Positions 43,900-54,246 of a stretch of DNA of 64,000 bases are shown here, one piece after another. Below the pieces are notes generated by a model. It searched no databases. It worked only from the letters and a program-made list of their open reading frames with translations, and was not told where the DNA came from. A program made the position numbers and the translations under genes. The stretch's first letter is position 1. Each line of letters opens with the position of its first letter. The stretch spans positions 1,216,001-1,280,000 of the forward strand of contig CAVYKI010000003.1 of assembly GCA_963769025.1 (NCBI GenBank), in the 5' to 3' direction. Source of the stretch: an uncultured Verrucomicrobiae bacterium. Its GTDB lineage: Bacteria; Verrucomicrobiota; Verrucomicrobiia; Chthoniobacterales; Chthoniobacteraceae.

Positions 43900-45405
43900 T
43901 TAGATCACCTCGCCCACGAGGTCATACACCTGCGTGCCGGTGATGCGCACGTTCACGAATTCGCCGACGGGCGCGGGCTTCTTCAGCAGGATGCGGCCGT
44001 CGATGTCCGGCGCGTCGGTCTCGCCGCGGGCGATGAGCGGCTGGTCCACGACGGCGCGGACGGTCTTGCCGACCTGCGCCTTGCTGATCTCGGCGGCGAT
44101 TTTCTGCTGGAGCTTCATCGCCTTCTTGAAGCGCGCCTGCTTCACCTTCGCCGGGAGCTGGCCGTCCATCTTCGCGGCGCGCGAACCTTCCTCCTGCGAA
44201 TACATGAACACGCCGAGCCGCTCGAACCGCGTGCGCGCGATGAAGTCGAGGAGGTATTCGAATTCCTCCTCCGTCTCGCCGGGGAAGCCGACGATGAACG
44301 TCGTGCGAATCGCGATGCCGGGGATGCCGGCGCGGATGCGCGTGATGAGATTCTCGATGTGCTCGCTGCTCGTCTCGCGCTTCATGATTTCGAGCATCCG
44401 CGGGTGGATGTGCTGCAGCGGCATGTCCACGTAGCGCGCGACGTGGCGCGTCTTCGCGATGCACTCGATGAGTTCGTCGCTCCAATGCGCCGGGTGCGTG
44501 TAGAGCAGGCGGATCCAAAAATCGCCGTCAATTTTGTCCAGCTCCTCTAGCAGATGCACGAGCGTGACGCCGCGCGACGGGTCCACCTTCTGCCGCGGCC
44601 CCGCCTTTTCCGCCCACAGATCCATGCCGTAGTAGGTCGTGTCCTGGCTGATGAGATTGATCTCCTTCACGCCCTCCGCGACGAGCCCGCGCACTTCCGC
44701 GACGACGCTCTCGATGGTGCGCGAACGATGCCGCCCGCGCATCTGCGGGATGACGCAGAAGCTGCACGGGTGATTGCACCCCTCGGCGATCTTCGTGTAC
44801 GCCGTGTGCGGCGGCGTGAGCCGGACGCGCGGCGTGTCCCAGTCGGGGATGTACACCGGCTTGCGCGAGACGAGGTTCAGCGGCTGCCATTCGTCATGCA
44901 GGAGCACGTCGGCCTTCGCGGCTGTGATTGGTGAAAGCGCGCTTCCTTTCCGAGAACCGGGCACTGCGGGCTGAGCCTGAGGTCCATTCCGTCCAAGCAC
45001 CTGCTCGATGATCCCGCCGACATCCTTCACCTGATCGAGGCCGATGAAGGCATCGACGTCGCTCTTGAATTCCGTCGCCAGCTCGCTGCTGAAGCGCTGG
45101 CTCATGCAGCCGGCGACGATGAGCTTCTGGTTCTTGTGCTTTTTCTTCAGCCCCTTCGCCTCGTGCGCCTCGATGATGGCCTCGATGCTCTCCTCCTTCG
45201 CCGAATCAATGAACGCGCAGGTGTTCACGATGAGCACATCCGCCTCCGCCGCGTCGTTCGTGATCTGCATCCCGTGCGCGAGCACGTCGCCGAGCATGAT
45301 CTCCGCATCCACGAGGTTTTTCGCGCAGCCGAGCGAGATCATCCCGACCTTTGGGATGTGGCGGGCCGCCTTCGCAGCGGGTGAGGTCTTGGCGAGTGTG
45401 GTCAT
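43900..45405 (-). CDS. rimO: ribosomal protein S12 methylthiotransferase
   Basis: SLGCAKNLVD, NTCAFI, KIAEGCNHPCSFCVIP, C-terminal TRAM with DAPDIDG. Confidence 0.95.
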   Translation of the reverse strand: MTTLAKTSPAAKAARHIPKVGMISLGCAKNLVDAEIMLGDVLAHGMQITNDAAEADVLIVNTCAFIDSAKEESIEAIIEAHEAKGLKKKHKNQKLIVAGCMSQRFSSELATEFKSDVDAFIGLDQVKDVGGIIEQVLGRNGPQAQPAVPGSRKGSALSPITAAKADVLLHDEWQPLNLVSRKPVYIPDWDTPRVRLTPPHTAYTKIAEGCNHPCSFCVIPQMRGRHRSRTIESVVAEVRGLVAEGVKEINLISQDTTYYGMDLWAEKAGPRQKVDPSRGVTLVHLLEELDKIDGDFWIRLLYTHPAHWSDELIECIAKTRHVARYVDMPLQHIHPRMLEIMKRETSSEHIENLITRIRAGIPGIAIRTTFIVGFPGETEEEFEYLLDFIARTRFERLGVFMYSQEEGSRAAKMDGQLPAKVKQARFKKAMKLQQKIAAEISKAQVGKTVRAVVDQPLIARGETDAPDIDGRILLKKPAPVGEFVNVRITGTQVYDLVGEVI

Positions 45406-45473
45406 GGAAAAGGACCGCCATCATACATGAGGAAGGCGTTTGCGCCAGTGGCGCGGCGGTGCGCTCAATTCCA

Positions 45474-45567
45474 CAGCGCCGACGGCAGGAGGCGGGAATT
45501 TCAATGCAGAATTTGCGGCGCACTGCGGGGAAGCCCACTCAGCCCGCCTCCTTCCGTCGGCGGCTAC
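45474..45567. repeat. GTAG-type REP doublet between divergent genes
   Basis: CAGCGCCGACGGCAGGAGGCGGG (45474-45496) and inverted GCCCGCCTCCTTCCGTCGGCGGCTAC (45542-45567). Confidence 0.78.
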
Positions 45568-45628
45568 GAGGACTTGCACCACCACACGCTTGCCGCCGAG
45601 CGGTGCTGAAGACAATCATCCGCGCCAC

Positions 45629-46363
45629 ATGATCGCAGTCGAAGGCCTCACCAAACTCTACGGCGACCTCCCCGCGGTCAGCGACCTCAGCTTCACCGTC
45701 CGTCCCGGCGAAGTGATGGGGCTGGTCGGCCCGAACGGTGCCGGAAAGACGACCGCGCTGCGCTGCATCGCCGGCATCATCCCGGCCACCCACGGTCAGA
45801 TCGCCATCGATGGCCACGACCTCCGAGAGGATCCGCTTGGCGCGAAAAAGCTCCTCGCATTTTTCCCCGACGAGCCGCGCCTCTTCGACTACCTCACCGT
45901 CCGCCAGCACCTGGAATTCACCGCGCGGCTCTACCAGGTGCGCGATGCCGCGGCGCGCAGCCGCGAGCTGCTCGACGCTCTGGAAATGACGGAGAAGGCC
46001 AACGCGCTCCCGACCGAGCTTTCGCGCGGCATGAAGCAGAAGGTCGCGCTCGCGTGCGGCTTCCTCCACCAGCCGCGCGTGATGTTCTTCGACGAACCGC
46101 TCACCGGCCTCGACCCGCTGGCCATCCGGCGCACGAAGGACCTCATCGTGAGGCAATCGCGCGACGGCGTCGCGGTCATCATCAGCTCGCACCTGCTGCA
46201 TCTGCTCGAGGAAGTGTGCAGCCACGTGCTGATCCTGAAGCGCGGGAAAAAGATCGCCCACGGCACGCTCGACGAAATCCGCACGGAGTTCCGCGAGGGC
46301 GGGAAGGATTCCACGCTGGAGGAAATCTTCATCCGCCTCGTCGGGGAGGATGCCGGTCAGTGA
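45629..46363 (+). CDS. ABC transporter ATP-binding protein
   Basis: GPNGAGKT, LSRGM, FFDEP, SSH. Confidence 0.93.
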   Translation: MIAVEGLTKLYGDLPAVSDLSFTVRPGEVMGLVGPNGAGKTTALRCIAGIIPATHGQIAIDGHDLREDPLGAKKLLAFFPDEPRLFDYLTVRQHLEFTARLYQVRDAAARSRELLDALEMTEKANALPTELSRGMKQKVALACGFLHQPRVMFFDEPLTGLDPLAIRRTKDLIVRQSRDGVAVIISSHLLHLLEEVCSHVLILKRGKKIAHGTLDEIRTEFREGGKDSTLEEIFIRLVGEDAGQ

Positions 46364-46370
46364 CCGCCGC

Positions 46371-48125
46371 ATGAACGCGCTCGCGTATCTCGTCACGCGC
46401 TCGTTCGTGAACGGCGTGCTTTTCCGCCTGAAGCGCCTGCGCCAGCCGCGCTACCTGCTCGGCGCGATCCTCGGCGGCGCGTACTTCTATTTCTACTTCG
46501 GGAAAATCCTCGGCGGCGCGCATTCTCCCATCGGCCCGGGGGCGACCTCCGGCTCGGGGTTCAGCGTGGAAGTCGGCGCGGCGATCCTTTTCGCGGTGAC
46601 GCTCGTCCTTTCGTGGATCCTTCCCGCGTCGCGTGCGGCCATCGGTTTCACGGAGGCGGAGATCGCGTTCCTTTTTCCCGCACCGGTCAGCCGCCGGACG
46701 CTCGTGATCATGCGGCTGCTGAAGGCGCAGTTCGCGCTGCTGTTTTTCTCCGCGTTCATGACGCTCATCACCGGTCGTTTCCGGCTCGGCGCCGAGGCGT
46801 GGCTGCGCGTCGGCGGCTGGTGGGTGATCCTGAACACGCTCAACATGCACCGCATCGGCGCGTCCTTCGCGCTGCAGCGGTTGCGCGAGCGCGGGATGTC
46901 GGATTGGAAACGCCGCACCGGCGTCCTGCTCGCGATCCTCGCGCTCGCCGTCGCTGTGGAGTTCACGCGACGCAGCCTGCCGCCCCCTCCGGAACTCGCG
47001 ACCGCGGCCCGCGGCGGCTTCGACGCGATCGCGGACTACGTCCGGCAGGTGCTCCACGTGGGCCCGCTCCCGTACTTGCTCGCGCCGTTCCGGCTCGTCG
47101 TGCAGCCGAACTTCGCGCACGACGCCGCGACTTTCCTCCGCGCGTTCCTCCCCGCGCTCGCGATCATGGTCCTGCACTTCGTCTGGGTCGTGCGTGCGGA
47201 TGTTTCGTTCGAGGACGCTTCCATCGAGGCGGCGAAAAAGCGCGCCGCATTCCTCGCCGCGCGCGGTCGCGGCGAGACGGGCACGCAGAAGGGCAGCGGC
47301 AAGGCGCGCTCGCCCTTGTTCCGGCTGCGGCCCACGGGCTTCGCGCCGGTCGCGTTCATGTGGAAGAGCCTCCTGAAATCCGGCGGCCGACGCATCATCT
47401 CGCGCTGGGCCTTCCTTTTCGCGGGGCTCGCCGCAGGCGCCTGGATGCTCGGCGAGGCAGGGGAATTGTCGCAAACGCTCCTGATCATCGCGTTCGTGAT
47501 CGGCATCGGCTGCTACATCACGCTGCTCATCAGCTTCGTGATGATCGGCCAGCACGCCGCGTCGCAGCTCCGCCAGGGCATCGCCGCGATGGACCTGCTG
47601 AAGACCTACCCGATTCCCGGCTGGCAGATCGCGCTCGGCGAACTCATCGGCCCCGTGACACTCGGCACGCTCATGCAGTGGTCCGCTCTCGGCACCGGCG
47701 TCCTGCTGCTCCGCGTGAAAGGCCCGGACCTCGCAGGCATGCCGGACCTGGTGTTCTACGCCGCTGCGGGCCTCGCGCTAGTCCTGCCGATTTTCAATCT
47801 CTCGTGCGCCATCCTTCCGTGCGCCGGCGCGCTGCTTTTCCCCGGCTGGTTCCGCCCGCAGGAAAACACCGCTCCCGGCCTCGAAAACACCGGGCTGCGT
47901 CTCGTGCTCGGGATCGTGCAGCTCCTCGCCATCGTCGCCGCGCTGCTCCCCGTCGCGCTTTTTGCCGCAGTGGCTTGGTACGCGGTGGGAAAATTCACCG
48001 ACGTCGCGGAATGGCGCGCACTCGCTGCGGGCTGCACGGGGTTCGTGCTCCTCACGATGGAGGCCGCCCTCGGCATCGCATGGCTCGGCTCGCTCTACGA
48101 CAAGTTCGACGTGAGCGAGGAGTGA
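46371..48125 (+). CDS. putative ABC exporter permease
   Basis: Multi-TM, FTEAEIAFLFPAPVSRR, DLLKTYPI; directly follows the ATPase. Confidence 0.82.
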   Translation: MNALAYLVTRSFVNGVLFRLKRLRQPRYLLGAILGGAYFYFYFGKILGGAHSPIGPGATSGSGFSVEVGAAILFAVTLVLSWILPASRAAIGFTEAEIAFLFPAPVSRRTLVIMRLLKAQFALLFFSAFMTLITGRFRLGAEAWLRVGGWWVILNTLNMHRIGASFALQRLRERGMSDWKRRTGVLLAILALAVAVEFTRRSLPPPPELATAARGGFDAIADYVRQVLHVGPLPYLLAPFRLVVQPNFAHDAATFLRAFLPALAIMVLHFVWVVRADVSFEDASIEAAKKRAAFLAARGRGETGTQKGSGKARSPLFRLRPTGFAPVAFMWKSLLKSGGRRIISRWAFLFAGLAAGAWMLGEAGELSQTLLIIAFVIGIGCYITLLISFVMIGQHAASQLRQGIAAMDLLKTYPIPGWQIALGELIGPVTLGTLMQWSALGTGVLLLRVKGPDLAGMPDLVFYAAAGLALVLPIFNLSCAILPCAGALLFPGWFRPQENTAPGLENTGLRLVLGIVQLLAIVAALLPVALFAAVAWYAVGKFTDVAEWRALAAGCTGFVLLTMEAALGIAWLGSLYDKFDVSEE

Positions 48126-48134
48126 GCGGACACG

Positions 48135-48677
48135 TTACGGGCGAGAGATTTCCTCCCCGTCGAAGACCAGCTTCGTCGTCGTCACGTCGAGCAGCGGGCC
48201 GAGTTCATAGACGTTCGTGTAGCCGTAGGTCGCCAGCGCGACATAGGTGGAGATGTTCAGCGATGCGGGTGGCGACTTCGCGGCGAGCGAGACGGGTGCG
48301 CCACGGAAGTTGTTGTTGCAGTAGATGAGCACGCGGGTCGTCTTTTCCGGGATCGCCTTCGCGAGCGACTCGGCGGTGAAGTCAGTGAATGGCAGGCTCA
48401 CCGCTCCCCGGACGTGCCGCAGCCGGAACTTGTCCGCGCTCCGGGCATCGAGCACGACGGTGCCCGGCTCGGCGGCCATCGCGGCGAAGTGTTCCTCGGT
48501 CAGGCGCCTCTTTTCGCGGACAGGCTGCACCTCCCGCGCGATCCGGAGGTATTGCTGGAAATCGATCAGCTCGTTCGGGATTGGTCGTGTGGCGGCGAGT
48601 TGCAGGCGCGGGGGTTTGTCCGCGGCGAGGAGTGAGGCTGAGAGCAGCAGCGTGAAGATTGCGACAGTGGATCTCAT
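48135..48677 (-). CDS. secreted rhodanese-like domain protein
   Basis: Signal peptide, VLDARS...HVRGAVSLP, LIYCNNNF, YGYTNVYEL. Confidence 0.85.
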   Translation of the reverse strand: MRSTVAIFTLLLSASLLAADKPPRLQLAATRPIPNELIDFQQYLRIAREVQPVREKRRLTEEHFAAMAAEPGTVVLDARSADKFRLRHVRGAVSLPFTDFTAESLAKAIPEKTTRVLIYCNNNFRGAPVSLAAKSPPASLNISTYVALATYGYTNVYELGPLLDVTTTKLVFDGEEISRP

Positions 48678-49027
48678 TGGCGTGTGACTTTGCGGGTTTT
48701 CAGATCGAGCGCGTATTTTTCGCCGCGCTCGTTGGTGACGACGAGCGCACGGCCTTTCATCTCGAGTGAAGTGATGAACACATCCTGCACGTCGCGCTCG
48801 AGGGCCGGGTCAAAGCGCACCTCGTAGATGCGCACGCGCCACAGCTCCTTGCCGGAGTCCGCAGCCGCGGCGATCACGAAGCCCATCGCCTCCGACGGCG
48901 CAGTGTAGCGGACACCGTCCGCGACCACCGGCACGACCTCGCGCGGTGCAGAGCGTTTGGCGAACGCCGGTGCGATGCAGCAGAGGACGAGGGCGCACAC
49001 GGCCAGAAGGGCGGATGACCTATTCAT
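48674..49027 (-). CDS. small secreted hypothetical protein
   Basis: Signal peptide ending AFA-KR; SGKELWRV and DVQDVFI; overlaps both neighbours. Confidence 0.7.
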   Translation of the reverse strand: MNRSSALLAVCALVLCCIAPAFAKRSAPREVVPVVADGVRYTAPSEAMGFVIAAAADSGKELWRVRIYEVRFDPALERDVQDVFITSLEMKGRALVVTNERGEKYALDLKTRKVTRQ

Positions 49028-51405
49028 AGACCTCGTAGAGTTCGTTCCCGACCGTGAACTGCACATTGCGCCCGAGCGCGAGCCACTGCGCGGACTCGGG
49101 TTTGTTCGTGAGCAGGTCGAAGTATTCCTTCGACGCAAACTGCACGCGGTTGCGCTTCGCGTCCGCCTTCATGGACTGCACGTCCGTGTCGCTCCAGTTC
49201 GCGCCGTTCTGCGCGAAGGTCTTCCCGTTCACCCAGCGCGTCTCCTGTTCGATGTTGGCGAGCGTGGTCTGCACTTCACCGGCGGTGCCGCGCAGCCTGG
49301 GCAAGGCCTTGCCCGCGTAGCCGCCGGAGACGACGGTGCTCGCCGCGGATGCGTCGGCAGGCGCGGCGTTGCCGGCGATGACTCCGCCGAGCGCCTCCGT
49401 CTTCGCCTTGTCGAGCGCGACGCCGGGAGACCTCGCCTCCTTGAGCGATTGATTTCCCCGGCCCGCGAGCGCGCCGTCGTAGCCGTCCTTTTTCCCGCTC
49501 AGGTCGCCCCAGCTCTTCCTGTAAAGTGTCTGCGCCCCCTCGTCGCGGTCGAGCATCTGCAGCGAGCGCTGCGCCACCGGCACGCCGCGACGCGCCTCGT
49601 CCTCGACGATGAGGTAGCTCGTGTAAGGCGTGACGATCGCGTAGCGCCGCGCGAGGTCCACGATCTCGTCGCGCAGTTCCTTGTTCTCCCCGCGCAGGCG
49701 CACCTCATCCAGCAGCCAGCCCACACGTCGCAGCGCCCAGAGCTGCGCGATGAAATCGTTGCCGGATTCGCGTGCGGAAAATTTCGCCCGATGCGTCATG
49801 CGCTTCGGCACACCGTTCAGCGTGCCGTCGAGCACCAGATCCGCATCGCCATCACCCGAGTAGCCGCCCCGCGAGCACGAGCTGGTCGCCGCGGAAAAGA
49901 TCCGGCAGCGGATTCGGATAGAGCTTCGTCACGCGGACGCCGGCGGGAAATTCCAGCTTCAGGTTCGTCAGCAGCGGCTCTTTGATCTTGGTGAAAAAGT
50001 TCGAGACCTTCACTTCGAGGTCCTCCTCCGGCAGGACGAATTGCGACGCGGCCCGCGTGCGCTCGGTGATTTTGTCGAGCAGGTGCGTGTTGATGTCCGT
50101 GCCGATGCCGAAGCAGAAAATCCGCGTCGCCGCGCTCTGGTCGCGCGCCACCTGCGCCACGATGCGATCCTCGTCCGTCTCGCCGATGGTCGGCTTGCCG
50201 TCCGTGAGGAACACCACCATGAACGGCCGCCCCGCGCCCGGCGTTTTCATCTTCAGCGCGCGCTCCAGCGAATCCGCGATCGCCGTCCCGCCGATGGGCT
50301 TCACGCCCTTGATGAACTCATTCGCCTTGTCCCGGTTCGCCCGCGTGGCATCCGCGAGCTTCTCGAAGAACGGCTCGCTCTCCGTGGAAAATCGCACGAT
50401 TTCGAAGCGGTCCACGTCGTTCAGATTCTCGACGCAAAAGGTGAGCGCCTTCTTCGCCTGCTCCAGCTTCTTGCCCGCCATCGAGCCGCTCGTATCGAGC
50501 ACAAAGACGACATCCTTCGGATTCACATCCTTGCTCTTCATCACATCCGCGCCCGGCGACGCGAGCAGCAGGAACCACCCGTCCTCGCCCTCCTTCTTGT
50601 GCGTGAGCAAATGCACGCCGACCTCCGTGTCCGCCGTCGAGTAGAGCAGTTGAAAATCCGTGTCCGGCCGCGTGTTCGATGCCTCCCATCCGACCACCGC
50701 GCGCTTCTCGCCGTCGCGCTTGATGTCCACCGAATGCGACGGCGAATACAGCGCCTTGATCGGCGCGTCCTGGTTGATCGTCACGCGCATGCTCACCGTC
50801 TTCAGCGGCTGCGCGGAAAATTTCTCCGTGTTCAGCGGGTAGAGATAAGTCGCGAGCCCGCCGTCCACCTTCAGCAGCTCCGTGTACGCGAGCGTCACCT
50901 TTTTCCGCGAATGCGGCTCGATGGGAAAGATGCGCACGCGGAACGCCGCGCGCCCGGTGTATTCGAGCAGCGCGGGATCCTTCTGCCGCCGCACGATGTC
51001 CTCGTAAATCGCCCGCGCCTTCGCCGCATCGAGCAGCTCCGCCTCCACGTCCTTGTCGCCGATCCGCATCGTGAACTTGTCGAGATGCGCGCCTTTCGGA
51101 ATCGGGAAGATGTATTCCCCCTCGAGGTTCGCATTGTTCGGATTGAAAAACTCCTGCTCCACCCGCGTCACCGCCTTCTGCCCGGTGATGTCCACATCCA
51201 CCTTGTGAAACGTGACCTCCAGCGGCGCGAAGATGTAAGGCCGCGGCGGCGGCATCGGCCGCGGAAAAGGGGGATGCGGCGGATGCGGCGGCGGGAAAGG
51301 CGGCGCAAACGGCGGCGGATTATGGATGATGATGAACCCGTCCGCCCGCACACTGCCGACAAGCGCGAGGAACGCCGAGAGGATGGCGAGGAGTGTTGCT
51401 TTCAT
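49020..51405 (-). CDS. secreted VIT + VWA domain protein (inter-alpha-trypsin-inhibitor-like), frameshift near 49865
   Basis: Signal peptide, Pro-rich linker, VIT (QEFFNP..LEGEYIFPIP, DPALLEY), MIDAS FVLDTSGSM, GGT, FLTDG, and C-terminal LWA.RR...IVTPYTSYL. Confidence 0.88.
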
Positions 51406-51575
51406 GCTCCGACATTGCCACGCGGGCACGCGTCACGTGTCACGGCGCAGTCTGCCGTTTGTCAAAAAATCGTGACGCCGCCCGCCCGCGATCCGGCGAG
51501 CGTTGCCATCCTTGGCCGCCGCGGAGCGCTTGGGAATTGGCGGAAATTCCAGCTAAGTCATCCCGCACAAGAGCC

Positions 51576-51806
51576 ATGACCGACCTCATGCAGCGAATCC
51601 TCGGGCGCAAGCGTGCCATGCGCCGCGAATTGGCCGCGCTTCAGGTGGGGGAAAAGCTCCGCATCCTCGCGCAAATGCTCGAACGGGACCGCAAGATCGC
51701 CGCCAGTCGTCCGCCGAAGCCCGCCAATCCGCCCCGTCCGCCGCTGACTCAGTCCCGCGCCGCAACCCCGAGGCACCGCGCCGCGCCCACGACGCACCGC
51801 GGCTGA
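51576..51806 (+). CDS. small basic hypothetical protein
   Basis: MTDLMQRILGRKRAMRRELAALQVGEKLRILAQM is helical; the C-terminus runs into the repeat array. Confidence 0.45.
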   Translation: MTDLMQRILGRKRAMRRELAALQVGEKLRILAQMLERDRKIAASRPPKPANPPRPPLTQSRAATPRHRAAPTTHRG

Positions 51807-51826
51807 ACCTCAACCGCACGCTCGCC

Positions 51827-52020
51827 GATCCCCACAAGCATCCTCGCCGGAGCCCAAGGCCCCCGATCGCCACCCCGAAAGCCCCGGCGAGCCACCCCAA
51901 AGGGTCCCCATCGGGTGCCCGAAGGGTGCTGATCGCCACCCCCAAGGCCCCCGCCGACCACCCCGGAAGCTCCCCATCGCCACCCCGAGGCTCCGATCGA
52001 CCACCCCAAGGGGTCCCCCC
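51827..52020. repeat. degenerate tandem array, ~22-bp period, core CCACCCC
   Basis: CCACCCC at 51870, 51892, 51936, 51958, 51980 and 52001, with variants at 51827, 51849 and 51914. Confidence 0.75.
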
Positions 52021-52194
52021 TCGGAGGCATTCAAGAGGCTGGCTGGCATGGATTTCCGGCAGATCGCGCCCCACGGTCGTGTTCCACCACGGTGGCAGGC
52101 CCGGTGAACCTGGAACGCGAAACGAGGCCGGAGGCGTCGAAGGAAGATAGCCGGTGGCGGCGCAACGCCTGTGAGCCTTTGCGTGCCGAGCCGT

Positions 52195-52662
52195 TCAGCA
52201 CTCCTCCGCGCGCGCGGGGATAACGGGCGTCTTTCGGTAGGCGAGGGGGCAGCAGCAGACGACGCCGGTAACCTTTGTGACGACGGCGACGAATTTGCGG
52301 AAGTCGCCCGAGTCGTCGTATTGGCGGAAGTAGGAGCGGGATTTTCCGGGGAGGGCGTCCCACCACGGCTGGACGGCATCGCCTTCGATGAGGCGTGTCT
52401 CCCCGGTGACATAGACGGTGCTCTCGGCAGCGAAATCGGGATGCGAGAACATCCATTCGGTGTGCGGGTTCTCGCGGAGATTGGCGACTTTCTGCGTGGT
52501 GGGTGCGGTGATGGCGAAGATTTCGTCGAGATAGCCGGTTGTCTGGAAGTTCATCCACGTGGCGTGCGGGCGACCCTCTTTGTCGGCGGTGGTGAGGATG
52601 CCAACGCAGCAATCCTGGACGAGTTGCCATGCCAAACGCGCAAGTGCGGAATCGGTTTTCAC
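52195..52662 (-). CDS. pyridoxamine 5'-phosphate oxidase-like (split-barrel flavin-binding) protein
   Basis: GILTTADKEGRPHATWM, TQKVANLRENP; start taken at GTG 52662. Confidence 0.75.
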   Translation of the reverse strand: MKTDSALARLAWQLVQDCCVGILTTADKEGRPHATWMNFQTTGYLDEIFAITAPTTQKVANLRENPHTEWMFSHPDFAAESTVYVTGETRLIEGDAVQPWWDALPGKSRSYFRQYDDSGDFRKFVAVVTKVTGVVCCCPLAYRKTPVIPARAEEC

Positions 52663-52853
52663 GCCATCAATTTTCCACGCCACGGCGCCGGGGCACTCCG
52701 TCGGTTGCCGGATGCTCACCATTTTTTGAGCAGAATGAAGTGGCGGGCCTTTGTGCACTTGGTCTGGGGATCCTTGCTAGGCCTCAAGGGACTTTCCATT
52801 TGCCCTCGCCAGGGGGGCGGGGCATCTTGCGCGCCCTTTTCACTCACCAAACT

Positions 52854-54228
52854 ATGACGCTCACGGAAAAATTGCTCGCCCGCGCCAGTGGCAAGGCCCG
52901 GGTCCAGCCCGGCGAAAATGCCTGGGTCAATGTGGACATCCTCATGACGCACGATGTGTGCGGGCCGGGGACGATCGGGGTGTTCAAGCGCGAGTTTGGC
53001 AAGGACGCGAAGGTGTGGGATCCGAAGCAAGGTCGTCATCGTCCCGGACCATTACATTTTCACGGCGGACTCGATGAGCAACCGCAACGTGGACATCCTG
53101 CGCGACTTCGTGCGCGAGCAGGGGCTGCCGTATTTTTACGACGTGATCGACGACCCGAACGGGCACTGGCATTTCGACGCCTCGAAGGGGCAGCTCAAGC
53201 AGCAGTACGGGAAGAATTTTGCGGGCGTCTGCCACACCACGCTGCCGTGGAAGGGCCACACGCGGCCCGGCGAGGTGCTCGTGGGGACGGATTCGCACAC
53301 GTGCATGGCGGGGGCGTTCAACCAGTTCGCGACGGGCATCGGCAACACGGACGGCGGGCTTCGTGCTCGGCACGGGGAAAATCCTGCTGAAGGTGCCGGA
53401 GACGATGCGCTTTTTCCTCGAGGGCCAGCTCGCGCCGGGCGTGATGGCGAAGGATGTGATCCTGCACGTCATCGGCGACATCGGATTCGACGGCGCGACG
53501 TACCGCGCGATGCAGTGGGAAGGCCCCGGCGCGCTGAATCTGACATGGACGACCGCATGACGATCACCAACATGGCGATCGAGGCGGGCGGCAAGAACGG
53601 CATCTTCCCTTACGACGAAAAGTGCGGCGCCTACGTGCGCGAGCGCGTCGCGGAGAACGGGACGAAGGCGGACTTTGAGCCCGTGGAGGTGGACCGCGAG
53701 CAGTCGTTCGTCTTCGACAAGACGTATGACCTCTCGAAGCTCGAGCCGACCGTCGCGTGCCATCCGGACCCCGGCCAGCGCAAGCTCGCGCGCGAGATGA
53801 CCGGCGTGAAGCTGGACCGCGCCTACATCGGCTCATGCACGGGCGGAAAGACGAGCGACTTCCTCGCATTTGCCCGCGTGGTGAAGGGCCACAGCGTGAA
53901 GATTCACACCTTCGGCGTGCCCGCGACCACGAAGGTCGTCGCCGAGCTGAAGGAAGCGCAGATGGACGGCAAGAGCGTGTGGAGCATCCTCGAAAATGCC
54001 GGCGTGCAGATGACGGAAAATGCGTCGTGCGCGGCGTGCCTCGGCGGGCCGCAGGACACATTTGGCCGCATGAATGAGAAGGCGCTCAAGTGCATCAGCG
54101 CGACGAACCGCAATTTCCCCGGCCGCATGGGCCACAAGGAATCGCAGGTCTTCCTCGCGTCGCCCTACACCGTCGCCGCCAGCGCGCTCACGGGTCACAT
54201 CACGGACCCGCGTGAAATGTTGGCGTGA
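52854..54228 (+). CDS. leuC: 3-isopropylmalate dehydratase large subunit / aconitase family (frameshifts near 53025, 53355, 53540)
   Basis: MTLTEKLLA, THDVCGPG, PDHY, GVCH, GTDSHT, IGSCTGG, CAACLG, ATNRNFPGRMG, LASPYTVAASA. Confidence 0.85.
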
Positions 54229-54246
54229 TGCGATAGGATAGGTGTT

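Noticed and set aside
51827..52020. Possible CRISPR array
   Set aside because: Period is only ~22 bp, units are degenerate, there are no unique spacers and no cas genes.
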